Positions 49,014 to 58,032 of a stretch of 64,000 nt of DNA are shown in pieces. This DNA comes from Gemmatimonadaceae bacterium (GTDB lineage Bacteria; Gemmatimonadota; Gemmatimonadetes; Gemmatimonadales; Gemmatimonadaceae). The DNA lies in contig DATHHC010000042.1 in NCBI GenBank assembly GCA_035317285.1, forward strand, positions 7,251-71,250, read 5' to 3'. The position numbers and the translations under genes were made by a program. Numbering within the stretch: the stretch's first letter is position 1; each line of letters opens with the position of its first letter. The notes under the pieces were generated by a model. It had not been told where the DNA came from. It searched no databases and was given only the letters and a program-made list of their open reading frames with translations.

Positions 49014-49798
49014 TCGCGTACCGTTGGAAGGACAAACGTGGTGCCCGGTTCCAGAATCTTCACGGACGGGTGCAGAGGGTGATCCTGAAGTGTCGCTCTC
49101 AACCGGTCGATGGCGTCAAAAGCCGTCGACGTCACATGATTGAACGTCCCCCAGTGATAAGGGATGAAGTACCTGGCCTTCAATCTCTCGAAAAGAATCA
49201 GGGCGTCGCTGCTCGTAAGGTGTCCCTTTCGAAACCCCGGCTTCCACCATGGGGCGTGCCCAATCGGGAGCAGAGCGAGATCCAGGTTCCGATCCTTGGC
49301 GACCAGGTGGTTCTCGACCAGGTGTGTCGTATCCGCGCTGAGGGCGGTATCGCCGGCAAAGAAGCAAGACACCTTATTGGTATCAATCAGATACATATTA
49401 GTGGCGCTCCTCCAGCGATCCACGCCGTAGCGGTTCCCCCTGTGTACCGCCGCGGCTGCCCGGATTCTCACGGTGCCCACTTCGGCTACTTCACCCGGAG
49501 CGACGCCGATCGCGTGATCGTATCCCTGAGCGACCAGCCATTTGGCGATCACGGGCGGAGCGAAGAGGGGAATGTCGTCGGGAAGCGCATCGAGCGAATC
49601 AAATGACAGGTGATCCGCGTGCGCGTGTGTCAGGAGAATTGCATCGAGCTTCGGAAGTGCTGCCAGCGCGATCCCGGGAGCGCTGACACGCGGGAGTAGT
49701 TTCCCCAGCGCCGGATCGAAATTGGGGTCAGTGAGAATCCGCTTCCCGCCGATTTCAATTAGTAGCGTTGCGTGACCAATGTACGTGACACGCAGCAT
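49010..49798 (-). CDS. MBL-fold metallo-hydrolase
   Basis: YIGHATLL, THAHADH, FAGDT, LPIG, IPYHWGTF. Confidence 0.88.
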   Translation of the reverse strand: MLRVTYIGHATLLIEIGGKRILTDPNFDPALGKLLPRVSAPGIALAALPKLDAILLTHAHADHLSFDSLDALPDDIPLFAPPVIAKWLVAQGYDHAIGVAPGEVAEVGTVRIRAAAAVHRGNRYGVDRWRSATNMYLIDTNKVSCFFAGDTALSADTTHLVENHLVAKDRNLDLALLPIGHAPWWKPGFRKGHLTSSDALILFERLKARYFIPYHWGTFNHVTSTAFDAIDRLRATLQDHPLHPSVKILEPGTTFVLPTVRE

Positions 49799-49807
49799 GC
49801 CTCCTCC

Positions 49808-51502
49808 CTACCCTGCGGGACGTGCCTTCGCGCGCTCCCTTGCCAGCAACCACTGTTGTGGAAGGGCCGCGATGTTCTGCGCCGTGTAGTAGAGATTCAA
49901 CCCTGACGCCATGTTGAGGAGCACGACCGTCATCATCACGGGGAACATATACCCCATCATCTTTGCCTGTGGATTTGGAGGAGCATTGCGCATTCCGATC
50001 CAGGACAAAACGTACATCGAGGCGCCCATGAGCAGCGGCAGTATGTAGAGCGGATCCTTGATCGAGATGTCGTGCAGCCACATGAACGGCACGCCGCGAA
50101 ACTCGATCGTATTCTGGAAAACGAAAAACAGCGCAAAGAGAATCGGCATTGGGAGGAGTGCCGGCAGGCATCCAGTCAATCCCGCAAAGGGGCTCACCCC
50201 TGCATCGTGATAGACTTTCATGATCGCTTCACGCTGCTGCACTGGATCCTTGTACTTCTTCTGGGCAGCTGCGAGTTTCGGCTGCAGCTCCTGCATCTTG
50301 AGGCTCGACCGCATGGTGCTCTGATTGAGAGGCCACAAAGCAAGGCGAACCAGAACTCCAAGAATCACCAGCACCCATCCGTAGCTCAGATTGAGCCGGT
50401 TGTGCATCCAGAGCAGCGCCTGAATCACCTTTGATGCAATCGGGTGCACCACACCCTGAAGGAAGCGCCAGCCGTACGGGTTGACGTGGTCGAAGTCCTG
50501 GCCCATCCGCATCAAGCGCTGTGATTCCTGCGGTCCCGCGTAAATCTCGAACGAAAAGCTGCTACTCCGGACTTGTTGCACCACGCTCGCCGACGCATTT
50601 GTCGCGGTTTTCGAGGTGCGCGGTCCACCAGCCAATGTGACCTCACTGAACGGCGTGGCTTTCGGCGGCGCAATGATTCCAAACACGAAGTACTTGTTCT
50701 TGATGGCCACCCAGTTGAGCGGGCCGGCTTCGAGTGTCTTCTCTCCCGGATCCAGACTGCCGAAGAGCACGCTTCGGGCATGGTCACGTTGTGGCTTGAA
50801 GCTGTAGGCCAGAGTCCGATGATCCCCGATCGTATCTGCCTCGGTGGGTTGCAGCGTCTTCGGGAGCTCCGTGATCAGGTACGTCGGTTCCTGTGCTCCG
50901 GTAACATGGCCATCGACGAGAAGTGCGTAGCTGTCGGCAGTATCCTGCGAAGCCGTGTACGAGATCGAAACGCCGAGGCTTTTTGCTGAAGCGTTATAGG
51001 TGAGAGTTTCGTGTCCATTGGCGGTTCTGGCCCGCGTGAGTGTAAATGGTACCTGCGATAGATCCACCGTATCCACAGGCGTGATCAGCTGATAGCTGAG
51101 AAGCGGTGAGCCCGGAACTCCCAGATCGACAAGACCGCCGCGTCCTGATCGGCTCTTGTAGTCTCGAGCCACAATTGACACAGGAGCACCACCAACGTTG
51201 CTGAACTTATAGATCGCCTTCGGGGTGACGACCGTTGTCGTCTCGGCAACCACTGACGCCTTTGCACCGATTGCCGCTGCCTCTGTCCGGCCTTGCACAG
51301 TCGCGGCTACCGGAGCTTCCACTACGGGAGACCGAGTCGTTGACGATGTCTGCGTTGACGATGCTGTCTGCCCCAGCGCTGAAGCAGAGTCTTTTCCAAG
51401 CGTACCCTGGCCTGCAGGCGCGGGCTTGTTCGGAAACAGTAGCTGAGAAATCGCAATCGCTATGAGCGAAAGAAAGAGAGCTAGAAAGAAGCGCTTATCC
51501 AT
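49808..51502 (-). CDS. yidC: Membrane protein insertase YidC
   Basis: MDKRFFLA, periplasmic domain, GCLP, DPLYILP, SGLNLYY. Confidence 0.96.
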   Translation of the reverse strand: MDKRFFLALFLSLIAIAISQLLFPNKPAPAGQGTLGKDSASALGQTASSTQTSSTTRSPVVEAPVAATVQGRTEAAAIGAKASVVAETTTVVTPKAIYKFSNVGGAPVSIVARDYKSRSGRGGLVDLGVPGSPLLSYQLITPVDTVDLSQVPFTLTRARTANGHETLTYNASAKSLGVSISYTASQDTADSYALLVDGHVTGAQEPTYLITELPKTLQPTEADTIGDHRTLAYSFKPQRDHARSVLFGSLDPGEKTLEAGPLNWVAIKNKYFVFGIIAPPKATPFSEVTLAGGPRTSKTATNASASVVQQVRSSSFSFEIYAGPQESQRLMRMGQDFDHVNPYGWRFLQGVVHPIASKVIQALLWMHNRLNLSYGWVLVILGVLVRLALWPLNQSTMRSSLKMQELQPKLAAAQKKYKDPVQQREAIMKVYHDAGVSPFAGLTGCLPALLPMPILFALFFVFQNTIEFRGVPFMWLHDISIKDPLYILPLLMGASMYVLSWIGMRNAPPNPQAKMMGYMFPVMMTVVLLNMASGLNLYYTAQNIAALPQQWLLARERAKARPAG

Positions 51503-51712
51503 TCAGGGGACCGGGTCGTAACCGCCCGGCCGAAAGGGGTGGCATCGGAGAATTCGGCTTATTGTCAGCCTCAGTCCTCTCACCACTCCATATCGCTCGA
51601 AAGCTTCGAGTGAGTAGGCCGAGCATGATGGATAGTAACGGCAGCTTGCCGGGAATAACGGTGATATTCCCAGCTGATAGCCACGAATGAGAAGAATAAA
51701 TACGGACCGCAT
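51503..51712 (-). CDS. yidD: Membrane protein insertion efficiency factor
   Basis: [24 protein letters not shown]. Confidence 0.95.
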   Translation of the reverse strand: MRSVFILLIRGYQLGISPLFPASCRYYPSCSAYSLEAFERYGVVRGLRLTISRILRCHPFRPGGYDPVP

Positions 51713-51714
51713 CG

Positions 51715-52179
51715 CTAGCGTGTTATTCGCGACGCCCACTCGCCAATTGCACCTATATCGCTGGCAAGCTGCGCAAAGCTCGATTCATATGCTTCGGCTT
51801 TCGCACGAATGAGAACGTCGATCCTTTCCAGTCCAGGTAGCAGCTTGATCCTTACGAGCTCCCGCAGACGACGTTTCACGAGGTTGCGCTCGACAATCTT
51901 ATGTCTGTGCTTCGGAACGACTACGCCAGCCCGTGGATGTGGCAACATGGAGGCAGCTGCCCGAGCCTCGAGACGCTCGGTTTGCATGCGCTTCCCTGTG
52001 CGCCTTACCGCTTCCAGATCAGCTTCACTCGTCAGCCGGGAGCTGCGAGGAAAGCTGAGGGTTCTAGGCGCCGGCGTACTTCGTCGGCAATTGGACGGTG
52101 AGCCGTTTGCGACCCTTCTTGCGGCGGCGGCTAAGAACTTCACGTCCCCATTTAGTAGCCATCCGTAACCTGAAACCAT
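51715..52179 (-). CDS. rnpA: Ribonuclease P protein component; start uncertain, conserved part begins about 52055
   Basis: [27 protein letters not shown]; canonical position after rpmH. Confidence 0.88.
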   Translation of the reverse strand: MVSGYGWLLNGDVKFLAAAARRVANGSPSNCRRSTPAPRTLSFPRSSRLTSEADLEAVRRTGKRMQTERLEARAAASMLPHPRAGVVVPKHRHKIVERNLVKRRLRELVRIKLLPGLERIDVLIRAKAEAYESSFAQLASDIGAIGEWASRITR

Positions 52180-52228
52180 GCGTTCGGATGCGGCGCTTGT
52201 TGCGGGGACGGTAGGTGGGCTTACCCAT
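52064..52228 (-). CDS. rpmH: 50S ribosomal protein L34
   Basis: Manual translation: [54 protein letters not shown]. Confidence 0.97.
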   Translation of the reverse strand: MGKPTYRPRNKRRIRTHGFRLRMATKWGREVLSRRRKKGRKRLTVQLPTKYAGA

Positions 52229-52276
52229 TACGATGCTCCAGAAACCAAAAAGAACGAGTGCGGTGCAGAGTCGGTA

Positions 52277-52305
52277 AAACTATTCCAGCATTGAAGATAG
52301 TTCAA
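52277..52305 (-). promoter_or_regulatory. Sigma70 promoter of the rpmH operon
   Basis: TTGAAC-N17-TAGTTT on the minus strand. Confidence 0.6.
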
Positions 52306-52335
52306 GTCACGTGAAAGGAATTCCATCCAGGTCGT

Positions 52336-52364
52336 TTGACTTATCCACATAAACGGACTAGCGT
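52336..52364 (+). promoter_or_regulatory. dnaA promoter with overlapping DnaA box
   Basis: TTGACT-N17-TAGCGT; perfect TTATCCACA at 52341-52349, consistent with autoregulation. Confidence 0.75.
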
Positions 52365-52372
52365 AACGCGTC

Positions 52373-53803
52373 ATGTCGCTCAGCCCCCCAGAAGTTTGGA
52401 AACGCCTCCTCGACCGCGCCCGTCAGGAGCTCCCCGATCAAACCTTCCAAGCCTGGCTCGAGCCGACTGAAGCACTCTCGATCGAAGGAAGCACCATTTT
52501 TGTCGGCGCTCCCGATCAGTTCACAGCTGACTGGAATGACTCCAAACATGCTGAACTACTGTCGAGCTATGCTCCAATAGTTCTGGGCTATCCACTCACA
52601 GTTGCATTCAGGGTCCACGAAGAGCGAAAAAAGCGCTCACAGATGGACTTTTTTGTCAGTCCCCCACCGACATCAGCCAAGCTGCTGCCGTCGCACAATG
52701 GAACCAGTTCACCGCCACTAAGCGAACGGTATACCTTCGATCTCTTCGTCATCGGGAAGTCCAATGAGCTCGCGGCTGCAGCAGCCCACGCTGTAAGCCA
52801 AGCTCCTGGAAAGGTTTACAACCCTCTCTTCATTTATGGCGACACAGGCCTGGGGAAAACCCACCTAATGCAGGCCGTTGCGCATGAAACCCTGCTACGC
52901 AGTCCAAATACGAGGATCACATACGTCGGAACTGAACAGTTCATGAACGAGCTGATCGGTTCGATTCTCGACCGGACAGGACCTGAGTTTCGTCGCCGTT
53001 ATCGAGAGACTGACCTACTTCTCATTGACGACGTTCACTTCCTCAAGGGGCGAAAAGAGACAACCCAGGAAGAGTTCTTTCACACGTTCAACGCGCTTTA
53101 CGAGGCTGGTCGTCAGATCGTGCTCACCAGCGATCGACCTCCGTCCGAAATTGCCGGCCTGGAAGCAAGACTGATAAGCAGATTCCAGTGGGGAATGGTA
53201 GCCGATATTGGCCTACCGGATTTCGAGCATCGCGTCGCCATCCTGAAGCAAAAGGCACAACTCGACCGCCTGGAGCTCACGATTCCGGATGATGTCGTTC
53301 ACTTCATTGCTGAGCACGTACGATCCAATGTCAGGGAGCTGGAGGGATCGATTATCAAGCTTCTCGCGTATGCATCCCTGAAGCACAAAGACATTACGGT
53401 CGACGTTGCGAGGGAAGCCCTACGGGATAAACTCCGGGCAATCGAAGGGCTTGATCAGGAAGGAAGTGCTTCCCTCACCATTTTCTCGATTCAGCAAGCT
53501 GTTGCCAAAGAATGGGGAGTCACGGTCGATGGACTTCGTTCCAAGACCAGGACCAAGACGTTGACCATACCGCGTCAGATCGCGATGTATCTCGCCCGTG
53601 AGCTTCTCGCTACTCAGCTCGTAGAGATTGGAAATGCTTTTGGAGGGCGCGATCACTCAACAGTGATTCACAGCCTCGAGAAAGTGCAGCAAAGCATCAC
53701 TCAGGATGCAGATCTCAAATCTCGTATCAATCGTATCCGCAATTCCCTCGAAACTTTCAACCTGCGGCCCCCTTCTCGTGTGGAAACAACCAGGGCATCC
53801 TAA
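52373..53803 (+). CDS. dnaA: Chromosomal replication initiator DnaA
   Basis: YNPLFIYGDTGLGKTHL, LLIDD, NVRELEG, GGRDHSTV. Confidence 0.98.
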   Translation: MSLSPPEVWKRLLDRARQELPDQTFQAWLEPTEALSIEGSTIFVGAPDQFTADWNDSKHAELLSSYAPIVLGYPLTVAFRVHEERKKRSQMDFFVSPPPTSAKLLPSHNGTSSPPLSERYTFDLFVIGKSNELAAAAAHAVSQAPGKVYNPLFIYGDTGLGKTHLMQAVAHETLLRSPNTRITYVGTEQFMNELIGSILDRTGPEFRRRYRETDLLLIDDVHFLKGRKETTQEEFFHTFNALYEAGRQIVLTSDRPPSEIAGLEARLISRFQWGMVADIGLPDFEHRVAILKQKAQLDRLELTIPDDVVHFIAEHVRSNVRELEGSIIKLLAYASLKHKDITVDVAREALRDKLRAIEGLDQEGSASLTIFSIQQAVAKEWGVTVDGLRSKTRTKTLTIPRQIAMYLARELLATQLVEIGNAFGGRDHSTVIHSLEKVQQSITQDADLKSRINRIRNSLETFNLRPPSRVETTRAS

Positions 53804-53997
53804 GATCGATGTCGACAAGCTCATGCAACTCATCTTACCCACATCCGACCACACATCACCCAGCATAGCGGAAACTCCGCTGCTACCATAAGTTAGACCC
53901 ACTCGACAGAAGTCCACAAAACCTACTGCAGCTACTGTATTTAAGTCTCTTATAAAAGACTTATTAGTACCTCACCCGAATTTCCACAGGGGAAGGG
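53780..53997. other. Probable replication origin oriC (dnaA-dnaN intergenic)
   Basis: DnaA-box-like TTACCCACA (53835), AAGTCCACA (53910), ATTTCCACA (53980); trio-like CTACTGCAGCTACTG (53923-53937); AT-rich tract 53938-53968. Confidence 0.75.
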
Positions 53998-55110
53998 ATG
54001 CGCTTCACGATCTCTCGCGAAAAACTCCAGGAAGGACTTGCTGCTGTAGCAGCAAGCATCCCGGCGAAGACAACACTACCCGTGTTGGCGAATATTCTTC
54101 TCGAGACGACGGATAAAGGAATCAAGCTGTCCGGAACCGATCTGGATATTGCTGTTAGCACGGAAGTAATGGCGGATGTGGAAGCAGCGGGAGCTGTTAC
54201 AGTGCCGGCAAAAAAGTTGAGTGAGATTGCCCGAGAGTTACCACCGGCTCCGGTGAAGATCGCCGCGGTGGGAGAACAGCGCGTGACACTGGATTGTGGG
54301 CGTTCCAGGTTCAAGCTCCTCGGACTGCCAAGGGATGAATTTCCGACGTTTCCGTCGGTGCGGTTCAACGAGAGCTGGAGAATCCGATCGGGTGATTTGC
54401 AGCAACTGATCTCACACACGTCGTTTGCGGTGTCTTCTGAAGAAAGCAGACCAATCCTGAACGGTGTGCTATGGGAGCTCCGCCCGGACAAGATGCGGAT
54501 GGTGGCAACGAACGGTCATCGACTGGCGAAGATGGAAATGCCGATTAACTCTGCCAACGCACCAGCAAGTGACCTGATTGTTCCGCCGAAGGCGCTGGAG
54601 CAGGTGAGAAGGCTTTTCCCGGCGGAAGAAGAGCTCGAGATCGCGCGCGGAGACAACCACATCGGGTTCAGATCTCCGTTTACCGCGGTATTTACCAGAC
54701 TCATCGAAGGGCCGTACCCGAACTACGAACAGGTCATTCCGAAGGACAACGACAGAGTAGCTATTGCGGACAAGCTCGCTCTCGTGAGCGCCTTGAAGAG
54801 GATGTCCGTTATTGCTTCAGACCAGACACATCGGATCCGGTTGTCGTTCAATTCGGGCATGCTCAAATTCAGCGTGCAGACCCCCGATCTGGGTGAAGCC
54901 CAGGACGAACTTCCGATTCGCTACACCGGAGACCAGCTCGACATTGGTTTCAATGCGAGCTATCTCCTGGAGATTCTCCGTTATATCCCGACGGATGAAG
55001 TGCGCCTGACCTTCAAGGCACCTGAACGGGCGGCAACACTGGAACCGGAAGGCTGGAAAGATCCTGCGTCGTACATGTGCCTGGTGATGCCACTTCGACT
55101 CGTCGACTAA
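53998..55110 (+). CDS. dnaN: DNA polymerase III beta sliding clamp
   Basis: LPVLANILL, TDLD, ATNGHRL, YPNYEQVIP, IGFNASYL, LVMPLRL. Confidence 0.98.
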   Translation: MRFTISREKLQEGLAAVAASIPAKTTLPVLANILLETTDKGIKLSGTDLDIAVSTEVMADVEAAGAVTVPAKKLSEIARELPPAPVKIAAVGEQRVTLDCGRSRFKLLGLPRDEFPTFPSVRFNESWRIRSGDLQQLISHTSFAVSSEESRPILNGVLWELRPDKMRMVATNGHRLAKMEMPINSANAPASDLIVPPKALEQVRRLFPAEEELEIARGDNHIGFRSPFTAVFTRLIEGPYPNYEQVIPKDNDRVAIADKLALVSALKRMSVIASDQTHRIRLSFNSGMLKFSVQTPDLGEAQDELPIRYTGDQLDIGFNASYLLEILRYIPTDEVRLTFKAPERAATLEPEGWKDPASYMCLVMPLRLVD

Positions 55111-55961
55111 CGACTGTAGCCGAAGTCCTGCTTCGAGTTTTCCTTGAAGCGATGGATCCTCCCTGAAGCGGTAATCGCGAGATCCAGATCCTGCCCCGCG
55201 CTGAGACGTACGATGCGTCCATCCCTCGGGCTCAGGTAATAAATCGCGTTTCCGATTCCGGTTGCATCGAGCGTTAGCCGGTGCTGTTGCTGAGCCCCTT
55301 CCCCGTGGGCCCGGATCGTATCTGTGCGCTGTACTACCAGGACCGGGTTCCCTTGATACTCGGTTTCGCCCGACACGATGTACGATCTGATAATGTGTAC
55401 CGCGGTTGGAATCATGCCCTGGCATGTTTGCAGGTCCACGGAATCTCTCCACCTGGTTCCCTGCGACAGCTGAACTGGAAATCGCACGAGCAGATTGTGG
55501 AGGTCGGCCGACAGTGCGGAGCTGACCGGGCTGCATTTATCAGCGACGCTATCCGCTAAGACTATCAGGCTGTCTCCCACGTGCGCACCGAGGAGTTGCA
55601 CCGGTAGTTGCACGGGCTGGACAGGTCCAATAGTGCCCTGTGTAGTTGTCCAAAACGTGTCGACGACAGCAGTAAAGTGAATGGTGTCTCCAACTTGCTG
55701 GAGCGTCAGCAACTCGTGCGTGAGATTCGTCGACGTTTCCCGATGATTTCCGGAGTCCGATAGGCTTTCGATCACCGCGCTTCTCGATACCTGATACGAG
55801 ATTGCGCCGGGCGCATAGTTGAATGTCCAGGGGCCGCTGCCTGGTGGAAGCGGGACCGGGCTTGGTAGCGAGGGCAGTGGGGTCGGTCGAGGCGCCCGTG
55901 CGGTGGTACAAGCAGCCGCAAGGCAAACCAGGAAGCACCAGCTGTCGGTTCTACGCCGCAT
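55107..55961 (-). CDS. Hypothetical lipoprotein, beta-rich
   Basis: Lipobox LAAAC, Pro-rich linker, SD GGAG. Confidence 0.7.
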   Translation of the reverse strand: MRRRTDSWCFLVCLAAACTTARAPRPTPLPSLPSPVPLPPGSGPWTFNYAPGAISYQVSRSAVIESLSDSGNHRETSTNLTHELLTLQQVGDTIHFTAVVDTFWTTTQGTIGPVQPVQLPVQLLGAHVGDSLIVLADSVADKCSPVSSALSADLHNLLVRFPVQLSQGTRWRDSVDLQTCQGMIPTAVHIIRSYIVSGETEYQGNPVLVVQRTDTIRAHGEGAQQQHRLTLDATGIGNAIYYLSPRDGRIVRLSAGQDLDLAITASGRIHRFKENSKQDFGYSR

Positions 55962-55990
55962 CGTCTCCGCTCTTGACTTGTGATCTGGTT

Positions 55991-56030
55991 AAACAAACAA
56001 CCTCCGACGATGTTCCGCCGGAGGTTGTTG
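55991..56030 (-). terminator. Terminator of rnpB
   Basis: CAACCTCCG/CGGAGGTTG stem with TTTGTTT tail on the minus strand. Confidence 0.7.
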
Positions 56031-56037
56031 CATCGTT

Positions 56038-56418
56038 GGCAAACGGTCTGTAAGCCGGGTTCTGTCGGATTGCTTGCGCAATCCGGACGATCATTTCTCT
56101 ACGAGCATGGTCGCCCATGCTCTCTAGCAGCCTACCCGCGGTGTCTTGATCGAGGTGGACGCCTCTCGCCGCATATTTGGCCTTGCTCCCACTGGGGTTT
56201 GCCATGCCGCACATGTTGCCATGCGCGCGGTGGGCTCTTACCCCACCGTTTCACCCTTGCCACCCGTGAAGATGGCGGTCTGTTCTCTGTGGCACTTTCC
56301 GTCGCGAACAGCTCTCGCCATTCGCGCCCAGGCGTTACCTGGCAGCGTGTCCAACGGAGCCCGGACTTTCCTCGAACAGGTATCGTGGATACCAATGCGC
56401 GATCGCCCGACCGTTGCC
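56038..56418 (-). ncRNA. rnpB: RNase P RNA, bacterial class A
   Basis: GAGGAAAGTCCGGGCTCC, GGAAAGTGCCACAGAGAA, GGGTGAAACGGTGGGGTAAGAGCCCACC, ACAGAACCCGGCTTA; P1 GGCAACGGTC/GACCGTTTGCC; extended -10 TGCTATATT upstream. Confidence 0.96.
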
Positions 56419-56555
56419 TCCCCAGAATATAGCAGAACTGACGATAGACGATGGATCCCGGTTTTTGGCTTTTTGACGTCTGACTGACAACGGACGGGCA
56501 CATTGTATCGTGCCCCCTCATCAGCGCGGTCTTAACCGTCAACCGTGAGGATCAC

Positions 56556-57461
56556 ATGCCTACCGACCCGAAACGCGGTACTCGTACTCCCGTCTCAACG
56601 ATTCTCACTCCTCTCGAACGATCCAGAGTGGACGCAGCAGCAGAAGGATTGTGTGATGCTCTCCACAGAGAATCGCTCGATGAAGTTCTTTCGGATCTGA
56701 GGCAGCAGAAGGTAAGTCTGGTTCTGATTTCTGTCACCAGATATGGCTCGCAGAACTCCAGTCGTGTTGCCGCAATGGTTCGAGAGTTTCCGAGAGTACC
56801 GGCCGTAGCCCTGCTTACCGAAACGCAAAACTCGACTCCTCATACCACTCTTGCTCTGGGACAGCTCGGGATCCGAACGCTCGTCGACGCAAGAATGGCG
56901 GCTGGATGGCAGACGCTGAGAAACATCCTCGCGTCGCAAGGCTCGAGCGATTTGCAGCGCTCGGCGCTGGCGCAGATAAGCCTTGATTTACCCGGTGTAT
57001 CAAAGGATTGCTGGCGTTTCTTCGAGTTGCTGTTTGACTCGTCGCCGAAGATTTCGACAGTCCGGCAGCTCGCGCGTCATCTCAATATTCTGCCCAGCAC
57101 CCTGATGAGTCGTTTCTTCCGAGCGCAACTGCCGGCTCCGAAACGCTACCTGTCGCTGGCGAGACTTATACGGGCAGCAAGACTTTTTGAGAATCCTGGA
57201 TTGTCCGTCGCACGAGTTGCCAACCATCTGGACTACTCATCACCCCAGAGCTTTGGGCGGCATGTGCGCACGATTATGAAAATGTCTCCCGTGAAATTCA
57301 GGACCACGTACGACGGTCAGGGGATGCTGCAGCTGTTCAGAACGGATCTGATCCTTCCCTACGTCGACGTGCTCCGCGCCTTTCGTCCATCGGCGGCATA
57401 TCCAGGCTGGATGCCGAAGTCTCAGATCGAAGAGGCTTCTAGACCTCGAGAGCCTGGATGA
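56556..57461 (+). CDS. AraC family transcriptional regulator with receiver-like N-terminus
   Basis: Double HTH (TVRQLARHL...STLMSRF; SVARVANHLDYSSPQSFGRHVR). Confidence 0.85.
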   Translation: MPTDPKRGTRTPVSTILTPLERSRVDAAAEGLCDALHRESLDEVLSDLRQQKVSLVLISVTRYGSQNSSRVAAMVREFPRVPAVALLTETQNSTPHTTLALGQLGIRTLVDARMAAGWQTLRNILASQGSSDLQRSALAQISLDLPGVSKDCWRFFELLFDSSPKISTVRQLARHLNILPSTLMSRFFRAQLPAPKRYLSLARLIRAARLFENPGLSVARVANHLDYSSPQSFGRHVRTIMKMSPVKFRTTYDGQGMLQLFRTDLILPYVDVLRAFRPSAAYPGWMPKSQIEEASRPREPG

Positions 57462-57996
57462 TCTGGCTCGCGGAAACAAGGCTGATGACGGGAATCCCGG
57501 CTGCTTCAATCGCTTGTCGCCCACCTTCCTCACGGTCTACCAGAGCAAGCACGCCTGCTACGGATCCGTTGGCGGCGCGCACGGCTTCAATTGCGCGCAG
57601 CGCGGATCCCCCAGTAGTGATTACATCCTCTATCACAGCTACACGATCACGTTCTCTGAACGGCCCTTCGATGGTCTTCCCGGTTCCGTGAGATTTTGCC
57701 TCTTTCCGCACAGTAAAGGCTCGCAACGGATGATCGGAATCGGCGCTCGCATAGCTGATGGCATAGGAAATCGGGTCGGCGCCGAGTGTTAAGCCGCCGA
57801 TTGCATCTACTTTCCATCCCGATTGAAGAAGAGCGGCAAGACCTAAAGGGCCGATAAGCGACAGGCCCTCCGGACTCATCGTCGTCAATCTTGCATCAAC
57901 GTAATACTTCGATTGCTTGCCGGATGCGAGTGTGAACTGACCGCGTTTGGCAGAGCGTTCGGCGAGAAGTGCGACGAGCACCGAGTGATCAGTCAT
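57439..57996 (-). CDS. pyrE: Orotate phosphoribosyltransferase
   Basis: FTLASGKQSKYY, RKEAKSHG, VIEDVITTGGS. Confidence 0.96.
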   Translation of the reverse strand: MTDHSVLVALLAERSAKRGQFTLASGKQSKYYVDARLTTMSPEGLSLIGPLGLAALLQSGWKVDAIGGLTLGADPISYAISYASADSDHPLRAFTVRKEAKSHGTGKTIEGPFRERDRVAVIEDVITTGGSALRAIEAVRAANGSVAGVLALVDREEGGRQAIEAAGIPVISLVSASQIIQALEV

Positions 57997-58032
57997 GGTG
58001 CGGGAGGTTATGGATTCTTATGATTGGAGTCA

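Noticed and set aside
52304-52317. parS-like AAGTCACGTGAAAG between rpmH and dnaA
   Set aside because: Only 10/14 match to GTTTCACGTGAAAC with a broken left arm; no parAB in the window.
56132-56542. ORFs overlapping 55951-56542
   Set aside because: The region is the RNase P RNA gene and its promoter.
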